From Lama guanicoe (Eukaryota), in contig MU053760.1 of the NCBI GenBank assembly GCA_013239625.1, forward strand, positions 31,119 through 72,343: a stretch of DNA of 41,225 bases, written 5' to 3'. The translations under genes were made by a program, and so were the position numbers. The notes under the pieces are model-generated. The model did not search any database. It worked only from the letters and a program-made list of their open reading frames with translations, and was not told where the DNA came from. Below are positions 38,636 to 41,225 of the stretch, one piece after another. Numbering within the stretch: position 1 is the stretch's first letter; each line of letters begins with the position of its first letter.

Positions 38636-38999
38636 GAGCAACATAATTAGTCCTGTTCCTACAGAGAGGCTCTCTCTAGTATCATCATCTGTGTATAGTA
38701 AGGAAGCATCGCAAGGATGGTGTAAATCTCCTGAGACTGCATACCGTAATATCCCCAGCAAGTTCAACCCAATCCCCCCACTACCTTCTCCCCTGGAGCT
38801 GATCTGCCCGAACTTGTTTACAATTTGTGGGCAAATTTACATTCTGAAAACCACCCTAGATCAGCCAGCTGAAGAAACGATTAAGTGAGGCTTCCAGACA
38901 AGAAGTGAAATCATCCCGCTGGGAAGTTCTAAGTTGATTTTAATGGACTTGGGGGCAGGGGATGCTGTGAAAACACTGGCTCCGTGCCTTCCGGCTCCT

Positions 39000-39215
39000 G
39001 AATAATAAGAAAATGCTGTCCATTGTACAGATTGCAGGATGCCTCCACATCCATTTCTGTCTTTGATCCTCGAAATAGCTCTGTATAGTGCTTAGGACAA
39101 ATATTGCTGCCATTTGCTGGTTCTAGAAACTGAAGCCCAGAGAGGGTAAGTGATCTCTCCAAGGTCACACAGCCATTTGTGGGTATACCTGGAAGCACTT
39201 TGAAGCTGGGTCCAG
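39000..39215 (-). mobile_element. MIR SINE fragment
   Basis: TTTGATCCTC...AGAAACTGAAGCCCAGAGAGGGTAAGTGATCTCTCCAAGGTCACACAGC matches the reverse-complement MIR core. Confidence 0.8.
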
Positions 39216-39499
39216 GGCTCATTCACGGGCCACATACCCAGTTTCTTTTGTTGTGGTATTTCCTTCAAGAGGGTCTAAGCAAATGTGTTCTTTTTGAAGA
39301 TGGACACTGCGAATAATACTTACTCAGGCTAAGGGTGCTTCCCTGCACCCACTACCTGTGCAAGGTCAAGGATCCATCTGGAAGCCACAGGTCATGCAAG
39401 CTCATGACTCCCTCTTCCAGGAGCTGCCCACTCAGTCACATGAGACCAGGGGGCCCACAACCTCACACAACTTCCACATTTGCCGAATCCTCTACCTGC

Positions 39500-39655
39500 A
39501 CGAGGAGTGCTCTGGGTCGGGAGTAGAGAGCCCGGGTCTGACTCCAGCTTCAGCCCTGCCCAAGCCACTGCATCACTCCCTGAACTTCTGCTTCCTCTGC
39601 CTGGCCCAGGTAAGTAACCTCACCCTGCCTGCTTGGCAGGTCTGTGTGAGGAGCA
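39500..39655 (+). mobile_element. Highly diverged MIR-like fragment
   Basis: GCTCTGG...GGGTCTGACTCCAGCT...CCTGAACTTCTGCTTCCTC...TGTGAGGA loosely follows MIR motif order. Confidence 0.4.
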
Positions 39656-40599
39656 CAGGGAGACTGTCTGGGGCTGTGGGCTTCCTGTCTGAACCTCAGG
39701 ATGGCTTCTTCCCAGCCTCTTGGAGGGTGTAATTGCAGGTTTCTGTTCTAGATGTCTCAAAACCAGCAACAGTGGGCCTAAGGGACTTTGAGGCGCTTTT
39801 CCCTGATGTTGGAGTGGAACCAAGCCCTAGATGTGGGAGCTGGACCAGCTGGAGTGGGCGGGGGCTGACTCCACTCCAAGCAGCATCTTCTCTGTGTCCT
39901 CTTGTGCCATCAGACAGGGCCCAGAGGGACTTAAGGGGAGGAATGTGAACGCGATGCAAGAATTAGAGGCCAGAAGTAAGGGCTGCTCACTGCCGCTCAG
40001 CCCTCAGCCACCCCAGCCAATACACACAATCCACCCAGCGGACACTGTCACCCTATCCCATGGTTGCCACCACATCCTTCCTGAACTGACGCTTGTGGGT
40101 GCTAGATGCATTCTGCATGCACTTGGCCCGAGTCCTGGCTGCCTCTGATGAACTGTGGTCACCCTGCACCCCAGTATGTCTATTTGCATGATTTAGATTT
40201 CTAAGGAGGTATGGGCACCTGCTCAGTGTAATTTAGGGGCAGAGTCAGAGATGACCTGAAGCTGATTCTCCAGCCTCCCTTAGAACAAGTGGGCCTATGA
40301 AGAGATGGTACAGATGGAAGCCAATGGAACTCTCTCCAAGCAACCCTGGGGCTCAAGTTGCAGGGCTGAGGACACAGTATGATTCAGGGCAGAGAGAGAA
40401 ACAGCTTCCCTTCTCACTCAGGACATCGGTGTGGCTCTGTACTCTAGCATATGGAACGGGGCACAATTCAGGGGACCATCTCTCACCAAAAGCCTACCTT
40501 TACCCCGCCTTAGGCTTTACTACTTGGAGCAATAATGGATTAGCTCAGTGTCCCCAAGTGTTATCTGCAGAGTACAGGTCCTTAAGATGCCAACACAGG

Positions 40600-40795
40600 G
40601 TCAGTAAAAGGGGTTCCATGGTAAACGGAGTTTGGGAAAGATAAACAGGTATCCTGGCCACAGGACTTCTCAGAGCCTTAAATATGATATGTTTATAGAC
40701 CCGACAAGGAGGATGTAGCAGGCAGCTGTAGTGCAGAGCATTCCACAATATCACTGTCACCTAGAAAATATTTTGAGAAAAGCTAAATTGACCAA
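40600..40795. mobile_element. Old hAT-Charlie-type DNA transposon remnant (MER103-like), second copy
   Basis: AGTTTGGGAAA...AAACAGGT...CAGGACTTCTCAGAGCCTTAAATATG resembles MER103 as recalled and parallels the 38420-38635 element. Confidence 0.55.
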
Positions 40796-41225
40796 AGGCC
40801 ACAAATAAAATACACACACTTTCCCTTTCCTATTAGTGTAGGACCTGGATTAGTTTCTTCTATTACAGAGCTTCCACTTAAGGGATGGAACTTTCATGTG
40901 GCCAGCAGAGTCCTGGAGGGCAGGAGCAAGAAGAAGATGGTCAAGGGGTGTCATAGTCCTGGCTTGAGCCAGCACTGACTGCAGTATGCTGTGATGGTGC
41001 GTCTTGCTTTGTTCAGTGGGGAATCTGCAAGGCAAAGACCTGGGACCTCAATGGATTCCTCTTACCGTTTACTGCCCAGCCCACCACCTGCAAGTCCCAG
41101 CCAGACCTCTCCCCCTCCACTGTCATGTTAGCCAAGCCACCCGGACATGCAGCAGCCTCCCAAGTGGTCTCCTGGCTTCCGCTTCTGCTGCCCTAGAGGT
41201 CAAATCAAATCCCTGCTTCGCTTCA

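Noticed and set aside
39607..39615. Perfect splice donor CAG|GTAAGT on +
   Set aside because: It lies in a probable MIR remnant, and no convincing acceptor or coding exon could be paired with it.

Overview
Mammalian-type (MIR-containing) genomic DNA that looks like the edge of a heterochromatic, probably pericentromeric, domain. No credible protein-coding gene is visible. From left to right: (1) 1-872 holds about 3.5 diverged copies of an AT-richer 249-bp satellite. (2) An abrupt junction leads into a ~35-kb GC-rich satellite of a 16-bp monomer (consensus GGCCCAGGAGTGTGCA). It is G-rich on + from 873 to 13093, then flips orientation with no spacer and is C-rich on + to ~35983. (3) Inside the flipped arm is a homogeneous 2095-bp run of one variant monomer (ACACTCCTGGGCCTGT, 130 full copies plus 15 nt, 18392-20486). 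It is followed by apparently identical higher-order duplications with periods 4652 and 4625 bp (20491-33780). (4) Unique sequence from ~35990 contains a CpG island with a probable non-coding first exon on the minus strand pointing into the satellite, plus old MIR and MER103-like fragments. The many Cys/Gly/Pro/Gln-rich ORFs are artefacts of a stop-poor 16-mer. The most interesting combination is the inverted satellite next to an apparently orphaned promoter, a possible source of hairpin or dsRNA satellite transcripts. The perfect monomer expansion that seems to replace missing higher-order sequence is also notable. I could not assign the species or named satellite families from sequence alone.
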